Source: Candidatus Bathyarchaeota archaeon
Lineage (GTDB): Archaea; Thermoproteota; Bathyarchaeia; Bathyarchaeales; Bathycorpusculaceae
Reading direction: 5' to 3'
Assembly (NCBI GenBank): GCA_963733095.1
Contig: CAVTBV010000001.1
Span: 96,001 to 160,000, forward strand
Length of the DNA: 64,000 nt
Under the pieces are notes generated by a model that was not told the origin of the DNA, ran no database searches, and was given only the letters and a program-made list of their open reading frames with translations. The position numbers and the translations under genes are program-made. Positions 29,806 through 38,661 of the stretch are shown here, piece by piece (positions within the stretch are counted from its first letter, which is position 1; each line of letters starts with the position of its first letter).

Positions 29806-30771
29806 TTAGCCGCTCCGATTTTTGCCAGCTTTTCCTTCCACCGCTGCTTCTCCTTGCTCGCCGATGGGTTCGTTGACTAGCTTAACAAACACGTCATCTA
29901 AACTATCTTGGCGTGTCTGAATGTCGCCCCAATCCATTCCTGATTGCTCAGCTGCCGCAAGTGCTGCGAGAGCATCAATTTTCTTTTTCAGCGGTATGGT
30001 GATTTCGCCTTTAACTTTGTCATAGTCAACTTGCAATTCAGTATTTGATTTGATGTAATCGGCGAGTTTTTCGCTTCCGTGAATATCCAGTCGTTCGCCT
30101 GAGCCATGTTGTTGGATGATTTCTTCGGTAGTTCCCATGGCAACTATTTTTCCATGGTCCATGATGGCTACTCTGTCCGAGAGTTGCTGTGCCTCGTCGA
30201 GGTAATGGGTGGTTAAGATGATTGTTTTGCCCTTGGCTTTTAAGCTGCGTATGACTTCCCAGATGGCGCGTCTTGCGTTGGGGTCTAAACCTGTGGTTGG
30301 TTCGTCTAAGAAGAGTAGTTCAGGCGAGTTAACTAATGAAAGAGCAAGCCCTGTCTTCTGTTTCTGTCCGCCTGAAAGGCTGTCGAAGTTTACTTTGGCG
30401 GATTCCTCTAGCAGAACTTCTTTTAGGATATCGTCTGGGTTAACTTTTATGTCGAATAGGTCAGCGTAGTAAATGATGGCTTCTCTTGGGGTGGTTTTTT
30501 CAAAGAACGTGAATTCCTGTGGGATAACTCCGATTTTTTTGTGGAGTTCATACCCTTTTTTCCATGGGTCAAAGCCGAGAACTTTTACGTCGCCTCCGTC
30601 TCGCTCACGCAAGCCCTCCATGATTTCAATGGTGGTGGTTTTGCCTGCGCCGTTAGGCCCCAGAAGTCCAAAGACTTCACCCTCGTTTACTGTAAAGGAG
30701 ATTCCGTCCACGGCTTTTAAATCTCCATAGTGCTTTTTTAAGCCTGAAACTTCAATCGGTAACATACTCAA
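29806..30771 (-). CDS. ABC exporter ATP-binding subunit
   Basis: GPNGAGKTT, LSGGQ, FLDEPTTGLD, TTHY. Confidence 0.93.
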   Translation of the reverse strand: MSMLPIEVSGLKKHYGDLKAVDGISFTVNEGEVFGLLGPNGAGKTTTIEIMEGLRERDGGDVKVLGFDPWKKGYELHKKIGVIPQEFTFFEKTTPREAIIYYADLFDIKVNPDDILKEVLLEESAKVNFDSLSGGQKQKTGLALSLVNSPELLFLDEPTTGLDPNARRAIWEVIRSLKAKGKTIILTTHYLDEAQQLSDRVAIMDHGKIVAMGTTEEIIQQHGSGERLDIHGSEKLADYIKSNTELQVDYDKVKGEITIPLKKKIDALAALAAAEQSGMDWGDIQTRQDSLDDVFVKLVNEPIGEQGEAAVEGKAGKNRSG

Positions 30772-30881
30772 TTAGCTCCTTTGAAGATGTAAATTACTGC
30801 CCTTCCAATGTTAGAGTATGCCCAAAATATAACTTTCGGATATACTTTATCGATAAAATCAGCTTTGTTGAACTTTGGAAA

Positions 30882-31397
30882 CTAAATGCTTGCTTTCCTG
30901 AGAATTTTCCTGCTCCCACTCGAAGACTCATTTACCTTAGTGAAAATAACTGTTGTCAACTCTTCAGGTGAAATGTATCGTGGCCCTCGTTCATGGAACA
31001 TTTGAACCTCAAGCATATCCTTACTAAAGACGGTTCTAAGCATGTAATAATCAAACTTTAAAGCCGTTCTATTTTCGCCTGTGCCCTTGTAGTAGCGTAT
31101 GGAACAGAAAAAATCCATCGAAATCAACCGCTCCTTTGCCAGAAGACTTGTTGCTTTGTTGAGTTCCTCTTTATCGATAAAGTTAAAACCGTCAGCTTCT
31201 GCCAAGCCAAACTCAAAAATCACCCTCCCCTGTGGCACAGTGGGGTTGGTGACTTCTTCAAAACTAAATTCCTTGTAGTTCAAGTCATAGAACACTTTGA
31301 GGAGTTTTTGCTGGAGTTGCTTGATTGAAACCGAAGAATTGAAACTATCGATTCTATGGATGTTTGTGGGGAAATTTTCGTAAAGGCCCAGAGTCAA
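30882..31397 (-). CDS. Hypothetical protein
   Basis: 171-aa ORF in tandem with neighbour; protein-like composition (LKFDYY..R, GPRYISP). Confidence 0.7.
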   Translation of the reverse strand: MTLGLYENFPTNIHRIDSFNSSVSIKQLQQKLLKVFYDLNYKEFSFEEVTNPTVPQGRVIFEFGLAEADGFNFIDKEELNKATSLLAKERLISMDFFCSIRYYKGTGENRTALKFDYYMLRTVFSKDMLEVQMFHERGPRYISPEELTTVIFTKVNESSSGSRKILRKASI

Positions 31398-31408
31398 GTT
31401 GGCTCGGC

Positions 31409-31774
31409 TCAGGGCTTCATTTTTTTAATTTTTTCAACACTGTTCAGCAGTTGGTCGAGTGCAATGGTCAGTTTCTGCAGCTCATCCATGTCCTCGGTTT
31501 TTTCAATCTTGCCTTGAATTTCCTGTATCTTCGCCATCAATGTAGCTTCAAGCTTGTCATAGGCTGTGGTGGGTGCTGCAGCTTGTTTGGGTGGTTCTTC
31601 GCCTTCCTTTAAGACTATCACTTTTTTTTCGTCTTTGGCGCACCAGAGTGTTCCGTCTTTTAATCTGAAGAGTGGAGATGAGCAAACTGGGCATGAGAGG
31701 TCAGTTAAGGTGGCGCCTTGTAGTAGTAGGTTGGCTCCTCGTTTAACAAGTGTGTTATCTGTTCTTGGTTGCAT
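31409..31774 (-). CDS. UPF0148 / Sjogren's autoantigen-1 family zinc-ribbon protein
   Basis: LLLQGATLT..SCPVCSSPLF..G.LWC; divergent from UPF0147. Confidence 0.8.
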   Translation of the reverse strand: MQPRTDNTLVKRGANLLLQGATLTDLSCPVCSSPLFRLKDGTLWCAKDEKKVIVLKEGEEPPKQAAAPTTAYDKLEATLMAKIQEIQGKIEKTEDMDELQKLTIALDQLLNSVEKIKKMKP

Positions 31775-31851
31775 GTAGAACCCCAAAGTAAATACGTGTC
31801 AATACTTATATAACTTGGTCACTGCCATGGTGCATTAAAGGGGAACTGTTT

Positions 31852-32130
31852 ATGGTGCGGAAGAAAAAATCTGAAGAATACGAAGCCAAGATTCAGCAAG
31901 CATTAGTTGTGCTCGGCGAAGTCTCCGAAGACAGCACAACGCCAAGAAACATCCGTCGTTCTGCAAAAGATGCCATGAGTGCCCTGCAAAGTGCCGAATA
32001 TACTCCTGCGGTGAGAGCTTCAAACGCCGTGTCTATGCTGGATGAGATTCTGCAAGACCCCAACATGCCACCATATACCCGTGTTAAGCTCTGGAACGTT
32101 ATGAGCTTTATCGAAGCCATAAAAGATTAA
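31852..32130 (+). CDS. UPF0147 family protein
   Basis: DSTTPRNIRR, VRASNA, DPNMP..TR..LW. Confidence 0.88.
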   Translation: MVRKKKSEEYEAKIQQALVVLGEVSEDSTTPRNIRRSAKDAMSALQSAEYTPAVRASNAVSMLDEILQDPNMPPYTRVKLWNVMSFIEAIKD

Positions 32131-32149
32131 TTCTAATCTTGAATTTTTT

Positions 32150-32172
32150 TTAAGACTTTTGAAAAGTCTTAA
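32150..32172. terminator. Perfect palindrome between convergent genes
   Basis: TTAAGACTTTT-G-AAAAGTCTTAA preceded by a T-run. Confidence 0.5.
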
Positions 32173-32174
32173 TC

Positions 32175-32645
32175 TTATTTTACTTGCTTAGCTACCTTTT
32201 TGTATTCCTTGTATGAGGCAGCACAGTGCATACAGCAGAACGCTACCTCTTTTCCATCGATGGCTTCTCGGTAGCCGCCCTCGTAGACTTTGCATCCACA
32301 GTGAGCACAGACGTAGAGGCTTGGTTCTATAGCTATTGCGACTAGGGTGGCAAATCGTTTGAAGAGTCCAGTGCAAAGTTCTCTACCTTCCTCTGTGAGT
32401 TCAAAGATTTTTCGCTCTTTCTCGCCTACTGGTTTTTGGGTGTGTTTGACTAAGCCTTTTTCTTCTAGTTGCTGCAGAAAAGGGTATACTAGGCTTGGGC
32501 TGACTTCTTTTTTGACGCGTTTTTTGAATTGGTTGATTATGCTGTAGCCGTGGGCTGGTCCTTCGTAGAGTATAGTGAGTATGTAGAAGCGTGAGAAGTC
32601 GCTGATTAGATCGTCGATGTTTGCGGGTTCGGTTGGGTTTGCCAT
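32175..32645 (-). CDS. PadR-family regulator with C-terminal TRASH/YHS-like metal-binding domain
   Basis: GPAHGYSI, SLVYPFL..LE..G, RKIFELTEEG; CAHCG..FCCMHCA. Confidence 0.88.
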   Translation of the reverse strand: MANPTEPANIDDLISDFSRFYILTILYEGPAHGYSIINQFKKRVKKEVSPSLVYPFLQQLEEKGLVKHTQKPVGEKERKIFELTEEGRELCTGLFKRFATLVAIAIEPSLYVCAHCGCKVYEGGYREAIDGKEVAFCCMHCAASYKEYKKVAKQVK

Positions 32646-32780
32646 TGTGGTCTTGTTTATTAGGTGGCCTTGTTGTTATAAATGTTATTAAGATATATCT
32701 AAAAAATACCTATGCAATGTTTAAAATTCGAACTCTGCTCCAACTTACAAGTTTAACTGCACTAGAAATATATGCCACTT

Positions 32781-32792
32781 GTTACATGTAAC
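32781..32792. promoter_or_regulatory. Candidate operator palindrome
   Basis: GTTACATGTAAC between an AT-rich TATA-like stretch and the TTG start at 32819. Confidence 0.45.
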
Positions 32793-32818
32793 TTTGGGTT
32801 CCAAGGGGGAGAATTTCC

Positions 32819-34201
32819 TTGAAATATGACGTAATAATCGTGGGCGCAGGTCCAGCAGGCATCTTCTCAGCGTTAGAGCTAACCGAAAAAACAAACCTAA
32901 ACGTACTCGTCATCGATCGAGGTGCAGACATTGACAAACGCAAATGCCCCTCCAAACGAGGCTTTGAATGTGTCCACTGCGAACCATGCAGCGTACTTAG
33001 CGGTTGGGGCGGTGCAGGCGCCTACAGCGACGGCAAACTCACTTTATCAACTGAGGTTGGCGGCTGGCTCAACCTGTACGTTTCAACTAAAGAACTCGCT
33101 GAACTCGTCAAATATTGTGACGGCATCTACCTCAAGTTCGGCGCAAGCGAACAAGTCTACGGCGGAGAAAACAAAGAAATAGACGAAATCGAACGACAAG
33201 CCTCCCTTGCAGGCCTCAAACTAATCAAACAAGAAGTTCGCCACATGGGCACCGACAAGTGTCTTGAAACACTAATGCGCATGCGCAAATACCTCAACGA
33301 CAAAATAACTTTCATGCCCAAAACAGAAGTTAAAGGGCTAATAGCCGAAAACCGAACCATCCAAGGCGTCGAAACCGTCGACGGCGAGAAAATTATGGGC
33401 AAATACGTCATCATCGCACCCGGCAGAGGCGGTGCAGAGTGGCTTCAAACTGAAGCTCAAATCCGCGGCTTAAAGACCGTTAATAACCCCGTTGACATCG
33501 GTGTACGCGTGGAACTTTTAGCTTCCATAATGGAGAAACTGACCAAAGTTCTCTACGAACCTAAGCTTCTCTATTTCTCACGTTCATTCGACGACCAAGT
33601 ACGGACCTTCTGTGTGTCCCCCTACGGCGAAGTCACAACCGAATCCTACGATGGCGTCTTAACCGTCAACGGCGGCAGCCAAGCAGAAACAAAAACAGCC
33701 AACACAAACTTTGCCATACTCGTCAGCACCTCCTTCACAGAGCCGTTTAAGGAGCCAATCGCTTATGGCAAGTACATCGCTAGACTCTCGAATCTGCTCA
33801 GCGGAGGCGTCATGGTGCAACGGCTCGGCGACCTCAACCACGGCAGACGCAGCACTCCCGAGCGACTCGCCCACAGCGTCCTAACACCCACACTCAAAAA
33901 CGCCACCCCCGGAGACCTAAGCTTTGTCCTACCCTACCGCTACCTCACCGATATACGCGAAATGCTTGAAGCCCTCGACAAAATCGCCCCAGGCGTCGCT
34001 TCACCCGAAACCCTACTCTACGGCGTCGAAGTCAAATTCTACTCCTCACACCTACAACTCAACAATGCCTTGGAAAGCAAAATCCAAAACATGTTCACCA
34101 TCGGCGACGGAGCAGGCGTCACCCGTGGATTAATTCAGGCATCTGCTTCAGGAGTTATTGTTGCAAGAGAAATTCTCAAACGAGAAAAACTGAAGGATTA
34201 A
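32819..34201 (+). CDS. FAD-dependent oxidoreductase (uncharacterised FAD dehydrogenase family)
   Basis: GAGPAG, GWGGAGAYSDGKL, RHMGTD, DIGVRVE, VRTFC, GDGAGVTRG. Confidence 0.88.
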   Translation: MKYDVIIVGAGPAGIFSALELTEKTNLNVLVIDRGADIDKRKCPSKRGFECVHCEPCSVLSGWGGAGAYSDGKLTLSTEVGGWLNLYVSTKELAELVKYCDGIYLKFGASEQVYGGENKEIDEIERQASLAGLKLIKQEVRHMGTDKCLETLMRMRKYLNDKITFMPKTEVKGLIAENRTIQGVETVDGEKIMGKYVIIAPGRGGAEWLQTEAQIRGLKTVNNPVDIGVRVELLASIMEKLTKVLYEPKLLYFSRSFDDQVRTFCVSPYGEVTTESYDGVLTVNGGSQAETKTANTNFAILVSTSFTEPFKEPIAYGKYIARLSNLLSGGVMVQRLGDLNHGRRSTPERLAHSVLTPTLKNATPGDLSFVLPYRYLTDIREMLEALDKIAPGVASPETLLYGVEVKFYSSHLQLNNALESKIQNMFTIGDGAGVTRGLIQASASGVIVAREILKREKLKD

Positions 34202-34207
34202 ATAGCA

Positions 34208-34951
34208 ATGGCTATAGCTCAAAACATAAAGTGTTCACACTGCGGCGCCCCAGTTGATTTTAAACCAGGCGAGCTATTCGCCACTTGCAAGTACTGCGGC
34301 TTCACAACCGTAATCGAGACGGGACAAGCATTCACTTTTGAGCATTCGCTTCTGTTAAACAGCTACTCCGAAGAGCAGATCGAAAATTTAGTTCGTGACT
34401 GGATGCGCTCGGGATTTATGAAACCAGGCGATTTAGCTAAGAAATCAAAAATGACTGAGAAAAATCTGGTTTATCTGCCCTTTTGGATCGTTTCAGCTGA
34501 CGCCACAACCAAGTATAAAGGCATTTTCGAGCGCATGTCCCCCGCTATCGTTAAGGAAGGGCAAATTCAAAAAGAGTACAACTGGCTGGTTTTAGCCAGG
34601 GAAGCGTCAGGTTTTCCAACTCGAGAATATAATGTGCCCTTAACGGGCAAAATTCCGTATGATTTCAGGAAAATCGAGGGTTTTGCTAAACTACTCAACA
34701 GCGAAATGACTCGCGAGGAAGCCTTGGAGATTGCCAAGCAGCAGATTGAGGCGCTTCATCGGTTTCTGCTTCAGCAGGATATTGATAAAATCGTTGAAGC
34801 AACCACGACTGTAAACCTAAAGCAGATGGTTTACTTGCATGCGCCCGCCTGGTTCATCAAATATGAGTACAAGAACAACACTTACCAGATGATAGTTGAC
34901 GGTGCAGCAGGCATGGTTCTAAAGGGTGACATACCCTCTTCCAAGTTCTAG
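34208..34951 (+). CDS. Zinc-ribbon protein, YdjG-like
   Basis: CSHCGA..CKYCG, YLPFW, PAWFIKY.Y..Y..VDG..G..GDIP. Confidence 0.7.
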   Translation: MAIAQNIKCSHCGAPVDFKPGELFATCKYCGFTTVIETGQAFTFEHSLLLNSYSEEQIENLVRDWMRSGFMKPGDLAKKSKMTEKNLVYLPFWIVSADATTKYKGIFERMSPAIVKEGQIQKEYNWLVLAREASGFPTREYNVPLTGKIPYDFRKIEGFAKLLNSEMTREEALEIAKQQIEALHRFLLQQDIDKIVEATTTVNLKQMVYLHAPAWFIKYEYKNNTYQMIVDGAAGMVLKGDIPSSKF

Positions 34952-35020
34952 TTTGCTTTACGAAACTTTAAAAGTAAGCTCTTTTTTATAACGGAATATA
35001 AATATTGGAGGATTTAGGAA

Positions 35021-35560
35021 ATGAGCGAAAATAAAGATGTTTACGCCCAAGCAAAAAGCCAAATGAGACTTTCAGAACGCATAGCAGCGGCGCTTCCAGG
35101 GTTCCGAGGATACAAAGAGAAGGAACTTCGCCGCGAATCAGACAAGCTGATCAGGAATAATTTAACCCTCAAGCTCTCCAAAGACAAAGATAACGTCAGA
35201 AGCATCGCACAGCGCATAGCCGACAAACGCTATCTGGATGTTCTTCCAGATATCGACAGGCTAAACGCCAAAATGGATCGAATAACCGAAAAAGTAAACC
35301 ATGCCTCCTACGGTTACGCTGGCTTCTACGACATTGTGAAAATCAAAGAAGAAAACCTCGACAGAATGATAACCTTCGATAGCCAACTTCTCGACGAAGT
35401 TGACGCCTTAACAGCAAGCATTGACGACTTAAAAGCTCAGCTGCTGAGCGGAAACTACTCAAACCTCAAAGACAAAATACAAACTATCGCAGACAAGTTC
35501 GAATTGCTCGAGGACACCTTTGATAAAAGAGAACAAGTAATCTTAGGAGTGACCCAATAA
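35021..35560 (+). CDS. All-helical hypothetical protein
   Basis: PGFRGYKEKELRRESDKLIR, ASYGYAGF; GGAGG upstream. Confidence 0.75.
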   Translation: MSENKDVYAQAKSQMRLSERIAAALPGFRGYKEKELRRESDKLIRNNLTLKLSKDKDNVRSIAQRIADKRYLDVLPDIDRLNAKMDRITEKVNHASYGYAGFYDIVKIKEENLDRMITFDSQLLDEVDALTASIDDLKAQLLSGNYSNLKDKIQTIADKFELLEDTFDKREQVILGVTQ

Positions 35561-36540
35561 TGCCACAAATAATAGAATGGATAAACGCTGGGCCAGACGC
35601 CATAGTTTGGCGTTACCCAAGCGAAGACATCACCTGGGGAGCCCAACTAATAGTACACGAATATGAAATGGCAGTGTTCTTCCGCGACGGAAAAGCTTAT
35701 GACGTATTCGGACCAGGCAGACACACACTCACAACCCTGAACCTTCCAATACTGACCAGCCTGTTGACACGGTTAGCTGGTTTTGGAGGCAACAAACCCT
35801 TCAAAGCAGCAGTACTGTTTATCAGCACCAAAGTTTTCGCGGGCAAATGGGGCACCAAAGCACAAACCACCGAACTCGCACCTCTTCAGACGTATGGGCA
35901 ATTCTGGTTTAAAATCGGCGACGCATCTCTCTTCGTCAATGAAGTTGTCGGCGGACAAAACGCTTATGACACGAACGCAGTCAACGATTTCTTGCGCGGA
36001 TTCCTAAATGAGAAAATAATCGATGAACTCAGTCACTACGACCTTGTCACCGTTTTCACGCGCCTTGACGAAACTTCAGTAATCGTCAAAAACTCGCTGA
36101 TAGACTATTTCAAACGCGTCGGCGTCGAATTAACCGACCTCAGATTCGAAGGCATCGACACCACACCCGAATACCGAGAACGCCTATTCTGGCTCAAAAC
36201 AGGACAAACCCCCGCAGGAGACGTACTGCGCATGGAAACCGTGAAAAACGCGGCAGCAAGCCTCGGTCAAGGAGGCGGTTCAGGAGCCCTCGGAGCAGGC
36301 ATGGTTCTCATCCCACAAATCATGACACCCCAAGGAACAACACAGGCAGCACCCGCAGCCGCACTAGTAATCTGTCCCAAATGCGGAGAAAAAGTTCCAG
36401 CCACAAGCAAATTCTGCCCCAACTGCGGAACAAACCTAACCCCACCCTCAGAAGGCGCAATGAAGTGCCCCAACTGTGGCAAATCTATACCGGCCAACAG
36501 CAAGTTCTGTCCTGAATGCGGTTTCAAAATCGGCAGCTAG
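35560..36540 (+). CDS. SPFH/Band-7 domain protein (YdjI-like) with C-terminal double zinc ribbons
   Basis: AQLIVHEYEMAVFFRDG, GPGRHTL.T.NLP, KWGT; four CPxCG motifs; TAATG coupling. Confidence 0.85.
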   Translation: MPQIIEWINAGPDAIVWRYPSEDITWGAQLIVHEYEMAVFFRDGKAYDVFGPGRHTLTTLNLPILTSLLTRLAGFGGNKPFKAAVLFISTKVFAGKWGTKAQTTELAPLQTYGQFWFKIGDASLFVNEVVGGQNAYDTNAVNDFLRGFLNEKIIDELSHYDLVTVFTRLDETSVIVKNSLIDYFKRVGVELTDLRFEGIDTTPEYRERLFWLKTGQTPAGDVLRMETVKNAAASLGQGGGSGALGAGMVLIPQIMTPQGTTQAAPAAALVICPKCGEKVPATSKFCPNCGTNLTPPSEGAMKCPNCGKSIPANSKFCPECGFKIGS

Positions 36541-36552
36541 GAGGAACCAAAC

Positions 36553-36891
36553 ATGAGTGGTAGCGATCGTCAACTGCTAAGCTTTGGCGTATTCCTCATC
36601 ATCATAGTTGTTGGAATATTGCTAGTTGTTGCAGGAGTAATCGGTTGGGAACTGTTTGTTCCAGTCGTGGCAGTTCTTTGCGGTTGCTGGGCGATAGCTT
36701 TAGCGGGTATTCGAGCAAGTAAACCGCTGAAGTACGAACGCGGTACTTTCACCACGATGGCTGGAGGCTTAGGTTTAATCGTGTTCGGTTTTGCTTGGTA
36801 TCTATTCGGCATCAACTGGATCTACTCTCTGGTTGTAATCCTGCTGGCAATCGCAGCATTAGCAATTGCAGCTGCATTAAAACGTAAATAA
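36553..36891 (+). CDS. Small four-TM membrane protein
   Basis: Four hydrophobic segments, KRK tail, GGAGG upstream. Confidence 0.75.
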   Translation: MSGSDRQLLSFGVFLIIIVVGILLVVAGVIGWELFVPVVAVLCGCWAIALAGIRASKPLKYERGTFTTMAGGLGLIVFGFAWYLFGINWIYSLVVILLAIAALAIAAALKRK

Positions 36892-36964
36892 TCCAAATGA
36901 GCCGTTTTTGGCTCTAAACATTTTTCTATCCCCTCGCACAGTCATGATGCTGAAGGCAGAAGGT

Positions 36965-38584
36965 ATGAGTGAAGAAACTATCGGTCACGGCACATGGTAC
37001 GACATGATGGCAAAGAAGGTCATCGAACGAGAGCAATCCCTAAACCGAGACATGAGCAAAATCCGAACAGAGATGGGTCTTGGCGCCTCAGGGTTTCCCC
37101 ACATAGGCAGCCTAGGAGATGCCTCTCGTAGCTATGCAGTGACTTTGGCACTTAAGAACCTGAACTGCAATTCTGAACTCGTTGCCTTCTGCGATGACAA
37201 AGATGGCTTACGCAAAGTTCCCGCTGGGCTCTCAAAGGACATGGAAAAGTACCTTGGATACTCTGTCTCCAGCATACCTGACCCGTTTGGCTGCCATGAA
37301 AGCTACGGCAAACACATGAGTTCACTGTTGCTCGACGCGTTGGATAAGTGCGGTATCGAATACAAGTACTATTCAGCCCAGCAAGTCTACAAAGAAGGCT
37401 TACTTCTAAATGAGATTCGGACCATACTGGCCAACGCCAAAAAAGTCGGTGAAATCGTCAAAGAAGAAGTTGGACAAGAAACATATACCGAGGTCCTGCC
37501 ATTCTTTGCGGTTTGTGAGAAATGTGGTCACCTCTATACCACCAGAGCCTACAAATTTGATCCCAAAACGGACAAGGTCTCCTACAAATGTGAAGGATTA
37601 GAAATCCGAGGGAAACTCATCGCGGGTTGTGGCAACGAAGGCGAAGTGGATATAAAAAGTGGCGAAGGCAAACTAACTTGGAAAAGCGAATTCGCCGCAC
37701 GTTGGAAAGCCTTGGACATCAGGTTTGAAGCTTACGGCAAAGACATCGCTGACTCCGTGCGAATTAATGACCGTATTTGTCGCGAAGTGCTCTGCTTTGA
37801 GCCTCCGTCCCATGCCAAATACGAGATGTTTCTAGATAAAGGTGGAAAAAAAATCTCTAAATCAGCCGGCAACGTCTTCACGCCACAAGTCTGGTTCGAT
37901 TATGGCTCACCCCAATCGCTGCTTTTACTTATGCTTAAGCGGTTTGTGGGAACACGAACCTTGGACGTTTCAGACATTCCAGCCTACATGAATGAAATCG
38001 ACGGCCTCGAAGATGTTTACTTTGGCAAAAAACAGGTTAGTGAAAAAGAAGCGACCAAACTCAAAGGCTTATACCTCTACTGCTACGTCATGAAACCGCC
38101 AGTTAAACCCCGCATCCACGTGCCCTACAACCTCATGGCATTTCTAGTTAAGATGGCGCCCAAAGAATGCTTAAACGAATACGTCACCGAAAAACTGCAA
38201 AGCTACGGTTACCTGCAGAAAAACCAAACCTTAGACGCCAACCTTCAGCAACGCATCGAATACGCTTTGAACTGGACGCGTGACTTTGAAGAAATCAAAG
38301 AAACTGCCATCGAATTAACCGCTGAAGAAAAAAAAGCCGTCACTGAACTTCTTGCTAAACTACAGAGTGAGGACGACCCAGATAAAATCCAAAATGCCAT
38401 CTTTAACGCTGCCAAAGACAACGGCATAAAACCCGGTACCTTCTTCAAGGTGCTCTATCAGGTTTTGATGGGGGCACCGCAGGGTCCTCGTCTTGGTCCA
38501 TACGTGCTTGCAATGGGCAAACAAAACGTCATCGCCGCGTTGCAAAGAGTGCTTGGTAAAAGTCAGTCCCCCAATACCTCCTAA
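36965..38584 (+). CDS. lysS: Lysyl-tRNA synthetase, class I
   Basis: SGFPHIGS, DGLRKVP, GKD, KISKSAGN, QGPRLG; ATG 36965. Confidence 0.95.
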   Translation: MSEETIGHGTWYDMMAKKVIEREQSLNRDMSKIRTEMGLGASGFPHIGSLGDASRSYAVTLALKNLNCNSELVAFCDDKDGLRKVPAGLSKDMEKYLGYSVSSIPDPFGCHESYGKHMSSLLLDALDKCGIEYKYYSAQQVYKEGLLLNEIRTILANAKKVGEIVKEEVGQETYTEVLPFFAVCEKCGHLYTTRAYKFDPKTDKVSYKCEGLEIRGKLIAGCGNEGEVDIKSGEGKLTWKSEFAARWKALDIRFEAYGKDIADSVRINDRICREVLCFEPPSHAKYEMFLDKGGKKISKSAGNVFTPQVWFDYGSPQSLLLLMLKRFVGTRTLDVSDIPAYMNEIDGLEDVYFGKKQVSEKEATKLKGLYLYCYVMKPPVKPRIHVPYNLMAFLVKMAPKECLNEYVTEKLQSYGYLQKNQTLDANLQQRIEYALNWTRDFEEIKETAIELTAEEKKAVTELLAKLQSEDDPDKIQNAIFNAAKDNGIKPGTFFKVLYQVLMGAPQGPRLGPYVLAMGKQNVIAALQRVLGKSQSPNTS

Positions 38585-38661
38585 AAGGTATATTCTTCCA
38601 AGCAAAAGCCTTAACTTTCTTGTCTTGCTTAATTATATTTAAGGAAAATTGCTAGTTTTAC

